A DNA stretch of 64,000 nucleotides from Octopus sinensis (lineage: Eukaryota). Within the stretch, counting starts at the first letter, position 1; every line of letters starts with the position of its first letter. The stretch is from positions 114,452,001 through 114,516,000 of the forward strand of contig NC_042998.1 in the NCBI RefSeq assembly GCF_006345805.1, in the 5' to 3' direction. Under the pieces are notes generated by a model, which saw nothing but the letters and a program-made list of their open reading frames with translations, searched no databases and was not told the origin of the DNA. Both the position numbers and the translations under genes were made by a program. This document shows positions 1 to 12,260 of this stretch, one piece after another.

Positions 1-71
1 GCGTTCGTATGTGTATGAGCTTTTGAGTTGCGTGGATATAAGCTACTAGCTTTCGATATCGTCATGTATAT

Positions 72-308
72 GTTTTTGTTTTGTTTGTTTTTGTTTTTCC
101 AGTTTCAGCTCTTGAGCTGTGGCCATGCTGGGGCACCGCCATTGTGGTGAAAAAGTACAGCAGGGATCACCACCCCCTGCGGAGCCTCGTAGAGCTTTTT
201 TTAGGTGTTTTCGCTCAATAAACACACACAACGCCCGGTCTGAGAATCGAAACCGCGATCCTGCGACCGCGAGTCCGCTGCCCTAACCACTAGGCCATTG
301 CGCCTCTA
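72..308 (-). mobile_element. tRNA-derived SINE (OR-like head) sharing its 3' tail with SINE family A
   Basis: Minus strand reads GGCGCAATGGCCTAGTGGTTAGGGCAGCGGACTCGCGGTCGCAGGATCGCGGTTTCGATTCTC (Pol III A/B boxes) and ends GGCGGTGCCCCAGCATGGCCACAG...TGAAAC plus an A-rich tail. The same tail occurs at 10782-10831. Confidence 0.85.
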
Positions 309-475
309 CATATGCGAGTATTTGTGTATGCACATGCACGTAAGTTTCTTTGTATTTCTTTGTATGCGTCTGTTACATTCTGTTACCGTTATTTTCATGT
401 ATGTTTGAATTTCTGAGTACGTATCCCTAAATGTGACTGTACGTGCGCGCGCATATGGATGTGTATGTGTGTGTA

Positions 476-521
<46 letters not shown>

Positions 522-1289
522 AATATATGTGCGTGTATATCTTTCTATGTATATGCGATTTTTATGTTGGTGATATTTTCATGTTCGTGCAGGTGTACGT
601 GTAAAGTATTGCTAATATATACACGTGTGTGTGTGTGTATGTGTGCGCGCGTGTTTTTCGTGTATTTTGCGTATATAAATGTGTGAATGAATGAGTGTGT
701 GTATGTATTCGTGCGTGCATGTTTTATGTGTATGTACTTGTTATTTTGATAATAAAGTGTATTTATGAGCATTTGCGTATATGTGCACATGTGGGTGTGT
801 ATGAGGCTTTTGCTCTTCATATGTTTGGTTCATTTGTATGTATAGTTGTATATGTGTATGTATAGTTGTGTGTGCGTCATTGTGTATGTGATTGTTCTAA
901 TGTGTTTGTATGTATGTGAGTTCGTATATGCATGTGTACGTCAGTCATATGTGTGAAAGTATTTGTTTTCTTTTCCTATTTGCCTTCGATGGCCGAACGA
1001 TAACTTTAAGTGTAGAAACAAGCGTTCACTGGTTAGCTGATATCATATCTCACGGAGCAACACAAATTGAAAAATAAGAAACACACAACGAATAAGAAAT
1101 AATAGAAACGAATAAAAAACCATCGAAACGTATCGGAAAAATAGGAGTGAACGTAACATCATAACGATTGCTCAAAATTATTTCTCAATACTAAGAAATC
1201 TTCCCTGCATGTGGGTATGCGTGTATATGCGTGTGTGCGTGTGTGCATGTGTGCATGTGTGTATATTTGAATGCATATATATGTATGTA

Positions 1290-1343
<54 letters not shown>

Positions 1344-1734
1344 GTTTTTTTTAAACATTTTATGTCAATTTAAAATAAAAGCAATCATTAACTGTGGGAT
1401 ACTCAAGACTTTTGCAGAGTACGTATTTATTATTCGTTAAAATGAATAGTGTTCAGAGCAACAATGACCTTTCAGGCGATGAATACCAAGCAGGCCGAAA
1501 GCTTGAAGATATTATAAACATTGTTCTCGTAGAATTATGCAAACATGCATGCACGCATACAAACATACATACGTATACGTATACGCACACACACACACAC
1601 ACATACTCAGACATGTATACATATAAAGTTGGAACTTACAAAAAAATAAAGACGAAGACAAGTGTATAAACAGATATATACATATATATATACGCATACA
1701 TACATATATATATGTATTATATATATATTTGTAC

Positions 1735-1812
<78 letters not shown>

Positions 1813-1814
1813 AC

Positions 1815-1861
<47 letters not shown>

Positions 1862-1964
1862 CTGCATGGAATACGTTAGCTCCAATCTAATTACGTCATG
1901 CCACCAATCGCAATTCACTTAAATATATATATTAGTATGCTGCTATTCTTTAGATTCAGTTCAA

Positions 1965-2125
1965 CGTAAGTCAAGAAGACTTGATCAAAGATGTTCAGTT
2001 TTTCCAGATAATCTCTACTCTGGAATATATAACAAACAAGTCCTTTATAAAGACAATAAGGACTGAGTTGTGGGAGAATTGTCTGCTATTTCGAGTAACC
2101 ATGTAGAGGTACATCTATTAGAATG
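1965..2125 (-). repeat. Old interspersed repeat (family D); other copies near 25230-25560, 26720-26890, 28470-29130, 29995-30090, 40230-40440, 40720-40900, 56560-56720, 59970-60130
   Basis: Recurrent degenerate motif resembling AAATAGCAGCCAAATCTCCCTCAAATCAC...GTCTTAAAAA...GGATAAT...GATCAGG...AAACAACAAC, in both orientations. Confidence 0.55.
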
Positions 2126-2186
2126 ATGGACATACCTGCTCATACATTAACAATACTACAACCATCACCGGGTCTTTCAGCAACAT

Positions 2187-2760
2187 ATGTTCTGTCAAGT
2201 GCAAATATCGAAGTATAACTTTACATTCAGAAAAACAGTTGTCGCCTTGCCAGTTGCTTTTGCGAACAAATTCGAAGCACGCTACACCCTAAATCAATCT
2301 GTTGCCACCATTTTCGACACAACTGCCCATTTAATTACTCCTTTATCAGTGTATGCCTTCTCTGCTCATCATGTTTCCACACACTTTAGGAAGCGTATGG
2401 AACAACGTTCCACATTCAAACTCGGAACTATAGATCTGACGGGTTTAAATGAAAGGTTTTTCTTTACCTTCGTTAATTTAGTAATCCCAATGTTTTCCTT
2501 CGGCTGAATTCTCACCTCATTTTCTCTCTCCAACTCACACTCGCCAACTTCTCTTCTTTTTGCTTCTCTTTCCTTTTCCCTATGTATCCATAATCCCTTT
2601 GTCTTCCAGCCAGTCGCTCAAACACACAGGTTACTTTAATTTTTTTCTCCTCTACTACCTTAACTCAGAAGAGAGAGTCTATTCGATACGTTGGTACTTC
2701 AATTCCACGATAATTTCACAATAAAAGTGAAGCCGCTGCTATACATGTTCTTACGTTACT
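2187..2760 (+). mobile_element. Penelope-like element 3' remnant: GIY-YIG endonuclease C-terminus plus pyrimidine-rich pLTR-like region
   Basis: ORF 2187-2507 ends SVATIFDTTAHLITPLSV...RKRMEQRSTFKLGTIDLTGLNERF. This resembles the PLE pattern PVAxHFNxxxH...RKxxEQxxIFxLGTxxPxGLN. A decayed hammerhead-like motif follows at 2662-2695. Confidence 0.65.
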
Positions 2761-4655
2761 ATATCATCCCTTAGATTAATGAGAGAAATTGGATTTGTAA
2801 CATTATTTTCCTTACAGAGAATTTTGAACCCAGTTGAAGTGACAATAGTATTAAAATTTGAAATCGATTTTATAGAAAAATTCCAAAATAATAGCTTCGA
2901 GTATAGCTAAGAACGCACCTTAACGAAGTTTTAAAAATTGTTGTAGAGTAAAGAAAACAACCGATAATGCATGTATTTTTACTTGCACCTCTGCAATTTT
3001 AAAATATACTGTTTTTTAAATATATATTTTAAAATATCTATTTCTCTCTAATTATTTACTGGGTATTTTACAACTAATCTAGCTACTATATACCCGAGAT
3101 TTAGTATCCGGTTCTTATTAATGTAACACTCAAATGCATTGAAACACTTTCTCAACGACAGGAATGATTCTCACCATATTTTCCGTTTAGTGAGAAATTT
3201 ATTGCACCATCTCTATATCTCGTAAGATTACGCTTGAATTTTTAGAAAAATAGTACATTCGTAGAAGGTTTCCATTGATATACAGAAAAAGTAAAAGAAA
3301 TGAATTAGAATGTTGATGTTCATGCATTTCCGAAAAACTACTGCAATGCAGAAAAGGTGAAACAACTACAACAAAGAATTCAAAACGAAGGTGATGACGT
3401 CAACCACCCGTAACTTATCTCTAAACATGCAAAAATGTCTACGTCTGTAATTCCTGCAAATGATTTGAGCACAGAAGTGAGATGAGTGGTTTGTCTTCAG
3501 AGATGATGTAGCAACAGGGGAAGAGACACGACACGACCTGGTGTCTCTTTCAGTCCATTACTGTTACACCCGATATCTAGGCAGTGAATAATTTTTGAAA
3601 GTGCAGTTAAAAAGGCACCAAGCAAGGCGACCGATTGTGATAGCGATATCAAACTAGAGCCTTGTTTGGTCGTCAGGAAAATAGTATTATTATTCAGCTG
3701 CGTTAAGTTTTGTGACAAAAATCCAATCAAATTGTGATAGAACATTAATGAGAATTTCACAAGTTTCCATCTGTTGTGACGTGACAAAGAACAATGTTTA
3801 TGAAACATTTCAGTCATACAACGAAAGAACAGACTCACAGAAACACTTAAACTTACATACAAACATACACAAATCAGGAAAGAAATAAACGGAATAGATC
3901 GAATGAAGAAAGATACTAAAACAACAATGACAACAACAAAGTAAAATAGAAAAAAGTAAGGAAAACAAAAGACAGGAGAATATTTCAAACTAAATCTACA
4001 TTACTGTTTCATTTGAAGATCTACGACAAGATGTCTATACTGGGAGATGTTTGAAAAGTTTATACATCGGAAGTAATTTATTTATGACTTACTTCAAGAT
4101 AAATCAACAATAATTGTTCTAACACATTTGTAGTATAAGCACACATCATACCTCGAAATCTCTGCCATTAAGTTAGAATAAAAACAAACAAAAAAACAAA
4201 AAACAAAAGAGAAATAAATCTTACTTGGAACGTGTAATTCGCAAATAGAAAACATAAACTGAATTGAAGACATTAATTAGTTCCTTACCTATACACAACA
4301 ACTCACATACTTACACACGCTCACGTACTAACGCACGCACTGATACACATACACACAAAAACACATATATGTTTTTGGTTGCTGAAAGTAACTTGCAGTT
4401 AACAGCTTAATATCTTAAATCCGGAGCTGATGGTATTATCTCTTTCAACATCATTCCCATGATGATTGCTGCCTACTATAAAAGTGCTGCAATAATAAAA
4501 CGCCAATAACATCCACCGCGTTCGGAAGATGTGGACGAGAATGTCTAGAGACATCAATGGAATTAGGAAAGTTATTGTTTCAAACTAAACATAAAGTAGT
4601 GATAAAATGCAAAGTTTACCTTCAATGCAACATTTGAAAAAATGAACAACTCAGC

Positions 4656-4714
<59 letters not shown>

Positions 4715-4740
4715 TGTACACATAGACACATGACCATATA

Positions 4741-5028
4741 CGTGGTCAAATCTATAAATTTCCGGACTGTTGCCATAATAACGACGCTGAAGCACGGAGA
4801 ATGAAGCCGCCGAGCTCTAATCGACCTTGAACTCTGCTGCGCATGCGCACTAAGTTTTAACGTTCTAGCTCACTTCCGCTGTTTACAGCAGTGCTTGAAA
4901 GGAAGGTGTGTAGCGTGTGATCGTCGCATTGACTATGACAGAAAGTTGAGCAGAGAATCGGCATCAAATTTTGCCAAAAGCTAGACGATACCTGCTCAGA
5001 CACCTACGTAAAGTTTTCAAAAAGTTTT
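4741..5028 (+). mobile_element. Mariner 5' fragment (TIR-like end, 5' UTR, start of transposase)
   Basis: TA|CGTGGTCAAATCTATAAATTTCCGGACT terminus. ATG at 4935 is followed, with a frameshift, by KVEQRIGIKFCQKLDDTCSDTY, a mariner N-terminal HTH region. Confidence 0.8.
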
Positions 5029-5029
5029 C

Positions 5030-5428
5030 ATCGTTCTCAACACAATCAAGGAGATCTTGTGTAACTGAAATCCGAATTTTGGCACAAACTTGGAAGACAC
5101 GCATCTTATACCCAAATCTTCAGTGATAATGGACTGAACTGAATCATAACTAATCTGCACATCGTCTGATAACTCATGGATGGTGATTCGACGATTTCCC
5201 CTCACAACTGCATACACACCTGCAATGTTTTGCTCCATTTTGCTGGTTGCGATTCTCCCAGATCTCTAGTCAATAACGATATTTTTCGGCCACCTTGGAA
5301 ACGTCTGAACCAGTCGTACACTTGTGTGGAGCTCATACACTCATCTTCATACACTTTCTGCAACTTTGCGTATGCCCCTGAGCAGGTATCGCCATGACAA
5401 CTTTCTCTGTCATGGCCGATGCAACGAT
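5030..5428 (-). mobile_element. Second copy of the same mariner transposase N-terminus, inverted
   Basis: ATG at 5413(-). Reads KLQKVYEDECMSSTQVYDWFRRFQGGR, then ORF 5017-5238 RRITIHELSDDVQISYDSVQSIITEDLGIRCVSSKFVPK (WVPHEL-type motif). Confidence 0.85.
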
Positions 5429-5445
5429 ATATATATATATATATG

Positions 5446-6113
5446 TCAGGTCATTTTCGTGTGCTATTGGTAACATGTAACCCAGTACAACCTCTTGCAT
5501 GGTCGGGTCGTCGGCGACTAAACCGGCAACCCCACCAAGCTTGCTTGGTGAGGAGGGTGTTTATTGGACACCCTGCGGGATGAAAAACAAAACCCGTCAA
5601 AGATCGGATCAACTCTTGGGAGTCAACGGCCATCCAATAAATGTGCGAGGACCTAGAAATACTTGGTATGGTGCCCAGGCGCGCAGAAAGCTTACCAAGG
5701 TGGATCAGAACCTTTAATGTTGACTCTCACAACTGATCTAGGAGACGGAACACTCTTACAAGAAAATCCTGCGATCATTTTATCATCTGACGTGTGGCAG
5801 ACTGTGCACCTGTACAGCACAAGCAATGACCACTTTAAACAAGTCAAAGTGCCGGTTGTTCAGTACGCTATTTTCACTCAGTAATACCTGAGGTTTGGCG
5901 CATCGATGTGTGCTTTTTTGGGGTGGGGTGGGGGGCTAGCTGTCCACCCGAGAAGACATTTTGAACAAACAAATACATGCAAGTGTACCATTTGCGAGAA
6001 AGTGTGCAAGACATCTGCTGGATTGAAAGTACACATGCGGTGTCAAGAGGGTTAGGAATTGTTGAAGGTTATTTACTGAACCCTCATCCATCGTCTTCGA
6101 TGAGAGAATCCGC
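5446..6113 (+). mobile_element. Non-autonomous RTE-LINE derivative (putative 5' region joined to the 3' zinc-finger end)
   Basis: GC-richer block bounded by (TA)n on both sides. 5984-6055 encodes CTICEKVCKTSAGLKVHMRCQEG* (C2H2-like finger as at RTE ORF C-termini), then an RTE-like tail CATCGTCTTCGATGAGAGAATCCGCC. No RT motifs lie between. Confidence 0.6.
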
Positions 6114-6243
6114 CATATATATATATATATATATATAACGGTAAGCTTTATGAAAATAGACAAAAGACGAAGGGAGGTTTACGGAAATAAACAAAAGACG
6201 AAGGCAGGTGGAATACAAACAAACAATTGTATTAGTATGGCGC

Positions 6244-6399
<156 letters not shown>

Positions 6400-6741
6400 C
6401 ATATTAATAGATACATACATGTATGTGCATGTATATATCAACGCAGATGCAATTAATCTGAATTAATGGTAATCTGATATTGAAGATACCTTTTTCAGTG
6501 TAGAAAAAAAATCATGCAAAAATGTATCAGAAGAAGCAGAAGAAAGAAACAGACACACTGTATACGGTGTCAACGTAAAGGTGTTAATGTGTGCATCTTC
6601 TTTATAGATAATGAAGGAATAAAATATAGGAGCTGTTCGATATGTAGGAAAGTGATCTCTCCGCAGGAGTGACAGAGAAAGAGTAGGAGAGAGAGTGAGA
6701 GAAGACTTCTAACAAAACTAAACTCTGAGACATTACTGGAA

Positions 6742-6950
6742 TTCCACTGAGTATAATTTTCTGGTGTTACCGTACATAATGATTCTCCAGTATCTTAGAA
6801 TACAAATACTGAAGAACTTTCCGCGTTGACTGAATGCTGGAAATAGATTGAACAGCCAACTCAACTTTCTCTAGCTATCTGCGTCTAAACATGTATCTGC
6901 AATGTTTTATCTTTGATGGACTATATTACAGACATTCATGCGTTTCTCCT
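6742..6950 (+). repeat. Diverged direct repeat copy 1 (copy 2 at 7718-7910)
   Basis: CACTGAGTATAATTTTCTGGTGTT...TTTCTCTAGCTATCTGCGTCTAAACATGTATCTGCAATG vs CACCGAGTATAATTCTCTGATGTT...TTTCTCTAGCTATCTACATCTAAACACGTATCTGCGATG. Confidence 0.8.
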
Positions 6951-7119
6951 TTTGAAAGAGAAGCACATTGGATTCCCGTAAAAGGGCATTTTAGTTCGTT
7001 AGATTTGTCGACTCCGTTTGTATCGTACAATGAAACACTTTGCTTTTTAAAAGGGCTGGAGACGTTTTGATAGCTGTCATGGTAAAGTTACGTAAATCAC
7101 TTCCTTCGAAGTCCTTACA

Positions 7120-7690
7120 ACATCATCATTAAACTAAAAGAGATGATGGCGTTCTGATGTTATTTTCGTCTGATATCTACAGGACTGAAGCTATATGTTA
7201 ACTTATCACTCCCCCATTCTACAGTAAATTACATTTCAACACAACCCATTATAAGCAACTGGAGTCTACGCGCCAACTAATTTCCTCCTCATTCTTCCAT
7301 TCTACACTCACAAACCTAATCGTCCAAAGACCCCATACCTTAATCATTTGTTTCATTCACAGACTCCCACTGTCCTACTGTGTCTGCGTCCATCATTTCC
7401 ACAGGACTCAATTCCAAGTACCAAGACTTGCCCTTCACTGAAGTCCTTTCTTTCCTCTTCTACAATGCTGCATATTGAAATATATTTTCCTTCCTGGTCC
7501 TTGTAATCTCCTGTCTGTCAAGGAAAGCAATTACCTATTCATTGTCATCAACCAAATTGTTGGTCCCTAAACACTACTCTTGAGGCCAAAAACTCTGGAT
7601 TTGGTCCACCGCTCCACGTCACCAAATTCGTCCTTGTCAGCAACTACATTTTTTCGAGGGAAATCTAGCAACAAGTCTGTGAAGGTTATT
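7120..7690 (+). pseudogene. Heavily decayed Penelope-like reverse transcriptase fragment
   Basis: Motifs appear in the expected order across frames: IIIKL.., SDIYRTEAIC*L, FYSKLHFNTT, HKPNRP, SHCPT, FVLVSNYIFFE. PLE RT has IIIKPADKG / DLYxxEAxRQL / FYxxLxxDPT / IHKPxxPGRP / SCPT / LVLxxNxFxF. Confidence 0.5.
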
Positions 7691-8135
7691 ATAGGAACCA
7701 AGATGACTTCAGCAATTTCACCGAGTATAATTCTCTGATGTTGTTGTTCATTACGATTCTCCCGTACATTAGTTACAGTGCAAATAATGATCTAACACAA
7801 CATATGAATTAAACTTCCAACAGGCGTTTCTCTAGCTATCTACATCTAAACACGTATCTGCGATGTACTACTTTGATAGACTATATCACAAACGGTAGTG
7901 CTTCTCTCTCTTTCTATACAAGCATTAGTCCGTCCATCCATCTACCCATCCATCCATCAATCCATCTATCCATCCATTACTCTATCCATCCATCCATACG
8001 TACAAAGTCAATGTAAATGGTATACAAGGAAAATATGATACGCGATACGGTAAGATTTTCATAAGTGCATTGTTTCTGTAAACCAGGAGATGCATATCCA
8101 TCCATCCATCCATCCATCCATCCATCCATCCATCC

Positions 8136-8204
<69 letters not shown>

Positions 8205-8206
<2 letters not shown>

Positions 8207-9639
8207 GGGCGGAGGTGGCGAACACGTACATCGCGTCCGTCATCTACTACCGCCTGACCGTCGTACCTTGTCCCGACCCTACCATCACCAAACTACAACG
8301 CATTCTCTTTCGCTTCTTGTGGAAAGGATGCGTCCCGATGGTCAGGCGATCCATTTGCTGTCAACACCCGTTAAAAGGAGGGCTGGGCATGCCGTGGTTG
8401 ATGATGCGCAGACACGCGCTGAGACTGCGACATCTCTGGCTCTATGTAGACGACGGTGAACAGGTGTGGTCGCCGTTTGTGAGGCACGCTTTCCCGCAGC
8501 TCGTCTCCATGACCGAACTGCAGTCATGGATCAAAAAGAGGCCTAAGAAGGGCGAATGGCACCGCGAGTGTCGCGTTGCTCTCAAGCAACTCTGCCGTCC
8601 TGGGTCGACCTTGAGTGACTTCAACACAACCAAAGCATTCTATAGGGGTTTAGTGGAGGGGAGGTACGACGACGAGCTCGGGGCGAACCTGGACGTCGAC
8701 GAGGAGTACCTGACCCGCCTGTTCAGGACGACTTTCGGGCCAGGGCCCATGGACAACTTCCAGAGATCCCTGGCCTGGCAGTGCTACCGAGAAGCGCTAC
8801 CCGTTCGGGATAAGCTCTACAGACACGGCTCGAGAAACACGGGGCCGACCTGCCCGAGATGCGGTCAGAGCGACGAAACCGTTCTGCACGCACTCGTGCA
8901 GTGTCCAACAATTTCCGACCTGTGGGCTTATGTCGAACAACTGCTGTCACGTGTGGGACGAGTCGGTTTATCAGCTGAGTCTATCGTCAATATTGTCACG
9001 CCTCCCTCCTTCAAACGGGAAGGAAGAGCTATTTTCATCATCCTTGTGGCTATGGCGAAAGAATGTATCTGGTGGACGCGTCTGAAAGGATTGGAGACAA
9101 ACACTTTCCTCTCTGGTCAATCTCTCATCAACTTCTTCAAGTACCACTTGAAAAGGATAGTGAGAGTAGAGAGGCAAGTTTTGTCTAGCGAATGTTTTAA
9201 AATAGATGGGTGAATGTAGCAAGAATGGCGCGTATGAATGACGAAGCCACCTTGAGCATGATCCTATGAACCCAGAAATTGAAAACAGAGAGTTGCTTAT
9301 TCGCAAAAAAAAAAAAAAAAGAAATATAACATGTGACTTCATTGACCGAGGTTACCGTGGTCTTTTCCGTAGGCTTTTCTTTCCACGGGTAAACCTCACC
9401 TGTCCTCCCCTTTACACTTCATACTGACATTTCTGTGATAACGATCCCTATTGATCAATTTTTTTTCCCTCTCCCCCTTTTTTTTTAACCCCCCTTTTTT
9501 TTGTCCTCTTTCTCTCCTTTTACGATCCCTTTTGATCGAAACTCCCCTTCCTTTTTTTTTTTTTAAACCTTCAAAAGAAAAGCTCTACCTTGTAATTTGT
9601 TCTATCTGTGTGCAGTCCTGTGTGGCTAATAAAGAAACA

Positions 9640-9640
<1 letters not shown>
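8205..9640 (+). mobile_element. Young 5'-truncated L1/Tx1-clade LINE (ORF2 C-terminus with zf-RVT, 3' UTR, AATAAA)
   Basis: Open frame 8205-9213: KLQRILFRFLWKG, PLKGGLGMP and the CCHC knuckle CPRCGQSDETVLHALVQC. One frameshift near 9200 leads to NRWVNVARM..MIL* at 9269. T/C-rich 3' UTR and AATAAA near 9628. (TATC)n on both flanks. Confidence 0.92.
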
Positions 9641-9732
<92 letters not shown>

Positions 9733-9796
9733 GTCTGTCTGTCTTTCTGCCTGTCTGCCTGTCTGCCTGTCTGCCTCTCTGTCTGTCTGCCTCTCT

Positions 9797-9910
9797 GTCA
9801 TTTTTCAGTTTTATTTCAAAATTTCTTACCAATAGAGAAAGAGCCGTTTCTGACCTAGATCCATGGCCCCTTCACTGGAATTTCCATATCAACAACGGTA
9901 TTTTTGTATG
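9797..9910 (-). mobile_element. ~110-bp unit matching the 3' end of the R4-like element at 15570-15790
   Basis: Reverse complement reads CAAAAATACCGTTGTTGAT..AAATTCCAGTGAAGG..GGATCTAGG..AGAAACGGCTCTTTCTCTATTGGTAAGAAATTTTGAAATAAAACTGAA. Adjacent to (TATG)n. Confidence 0.7.
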
Positions 9911-10109
9911 TACGTATGTATGTATGTATGTATGTATGTATGTATGTATGTATGTATGTATGTATGTATGTATGTATGTATGTATGTATGTATGTATGTG
10001 TATGTATGTGTATGTACGCAAACGCACACACGCATACAAACACGAAACACACACACACACACACACACACTCATATATGGTAAGATAGACTTTTGTATGT
10101 CTTTGCATT

Positions 10110-10312
10110 AGTGTCGTATCTTTTTCTCACCACTTCTTGATAACCGACGTTTGTTCGTTTGCACCCCCGTAACAGTGGTTCGGCAAAAGTTAGCGGTAGA
10201 ATAAGTGTCAGACTTAAAAAGAAGTACTGGTGCCGATTTGCTCGACTGAACCTTTCAAGGCGGTGCCCCAGGATGGCTGCAGTCCAGTGACAATAAGAAT
10301 TAAAGATAAAAG
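10110..10312 (+). mobile_element. SINE family A, 3' half
   Basis: Aligns by eye with 10640-10831 (CCCCGTAAC..GGTTCGGCAAAAG..TAGAATAAGT..GATTTGCTCGACT..AAGGCGGTGCCCCAG). Confidence 0.85.
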
Positions 10313-10455
10313 ATATGCGTAGACTATGCGACCGATGAATATGAAACAACTGATCACATCATTAAATAAACAAACAACAGATGCCGCGATCATAACTTTG
10401 TACACAGTCCAACATGTTGCTCCGCAAGGCACATCCTACACAAAATGCTTTCAAT

Positions 10456-10831
10456 GCGTAGAAGTGGCCGTGTGGTAAATAGCTTGCTTACCAGCCACAT
10501 GGTTCCGGGTTCAGTCCCACTGCATGGCACCTTGGGCAAGTGTCTTCTACTATAGCCTCGGGCCGACCAAAGTGGATTTGGTAGACGGAAACTGAAAGAA
10601 GCCCGTCGTATATATGTATGCATGTGTGTACGTTTGTGTCTGTATTTGTCCTCCAGCATCGCTTGACAACCGATACTGGTGTGTTTACGTCCCCGTAACT
10701 TAGCGGTTCGGTAAAAGAGTCCGATAGAATAAGTACTAGGCTTACAAAGAATAAGTCCTGGGGTCGATTTGCTCGACTAAAGGCGGTGCTCAAACATGGC
10801 CACAGTCAAATGACTGAAACAAGTAAAAGAG
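10456..10831 (+). mobile_element. Full-length tRNA-derived SINE family A
   Basis: A box TGGCCGTGTGGT, B box GGTTCAGTCCC, CORE-like CCTTGGGCAAGTGTCTT, internal TG-rich tract, tail GGCGGTGCTC..CATGGCCACAGTCAAATGACTGAAACAAGTAAAAG. Confidence 0.9.
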
Positions 10832-12194
10832 TAATCCAATAACAGCATTCAAATCATCTATTCCCTGGCCACAACAGGTACCGTTTATAACCACGACCAA
10901 TCAGAATAATGCAACTTACACCCAAAATACACCAAGATACAACTCAATACAACATCTTCTCTGCTCAATCACCAGCCAATGAAATAACACATTACATATT
11001 TTTCTGTTACTGATACCCATCAGTAGCATACACAACATGCATTCTGATCAGCACCAATAATTTAAACAAAGTTACGTCAACGAAAAATTGAAACCTGATC
11101 GCTGACTTAGTGATAATTGGACTGTGAGCTAACCCATGCGCCAGAGAGCTCCCAACACTTTTCGTTACTTCACTATAAAGGAATCTCAGTATCAATATAT
11201 GTAGTATATTTTATTTATATGTTTTGTCCCCTTACTATTTATCATTTACTACACGATTGAGAAATCTCAACACCAAGTACAGGGAAAATATTCCAGTACA
11301 TAAATAGACGTAGATTGTACATTCATTGCTGGGACAGAGGAATGTGACGGGAGGTAGAATAATAACAACAAATGCAATAGCAAAACTGACAGAGAAAACA
11401 GCAAAAACATGTAAATAAAAAGGAACATAGATTCGATGGAAATGGCTGAGGAAAAGGACCCCAGTAATAAAAGAAGTAAATAAGTATTAGAATAGAATAT
11501 GGCTGGATATTTGTGACAGACACGCAATCGAATAGACGTCAGAAGATAAGTTTATGAAAGAAAAGTCAACGTTGATCTTCCTCAACCATATCTTACCAAC
11601 ACTTTTTCTTCTTTAATTCCTTGTACTTACATTATCTCTTATTTATTTATTATTTATTTGTCACACTGTGTTTTTTCTTTATCCCAGTTCCTTTCCATTT
11701 ATCTCTTTCGTAAACTCACTCTACCATTTTTCATGTTCTCCTTCTTTAACTCTCGTCAATTCTTCTTCTCCATTTTTGTTCTTTTATTTTTTGTGTTATT
11801 ATCTTTTTGTGTCTTTGTTTCCGTTTAGCAATATTTGTTCATGTATGGGCAAGCAATAGCGATGCGTAGATGACATACATGCTTAGTATTAGAGAACTCT
11901 TCAATTCAAGGAGCTAACTTTAAGGAGGGTGAGATAGAGAGAGAGAGAAATAGAGTGAATGACAGAGATGAGAGAGAAAGAGAGAGAGCGAGAGGGTGAA
12001 AAAAGAGGGAAGGGGAGAGAAGAACGTGGGGGATTGAGTGGAACAAACATAGAAAAGAGAACAAAAAGAAAAGAAAGGACCTCATCTAGCCGTAAGCTCG
12101 CTGAAGTCGAAATAACACCAGGAAGTGACAGGTCAAAGATACAATCACGTACTGCATAAGTACTGACTATATTTTCCGTACATAACTTATATAT

Positions 12195-12260
<66 letters not shown>

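Noticed and set aside
3497-3988. 163-aa minus-strand ORF
   Set aside because: The hydrophobic N-terminus comes from an A-rich low-complexity plus strand, and there is no recognisable domain.
8065-8204. N-terminus of the 382-aa ORF as a real protein start
   Set aside because: It is microsatellite read-through (SIHP/SIYL) from a GTG. The LINE sequence starts at about 8205.
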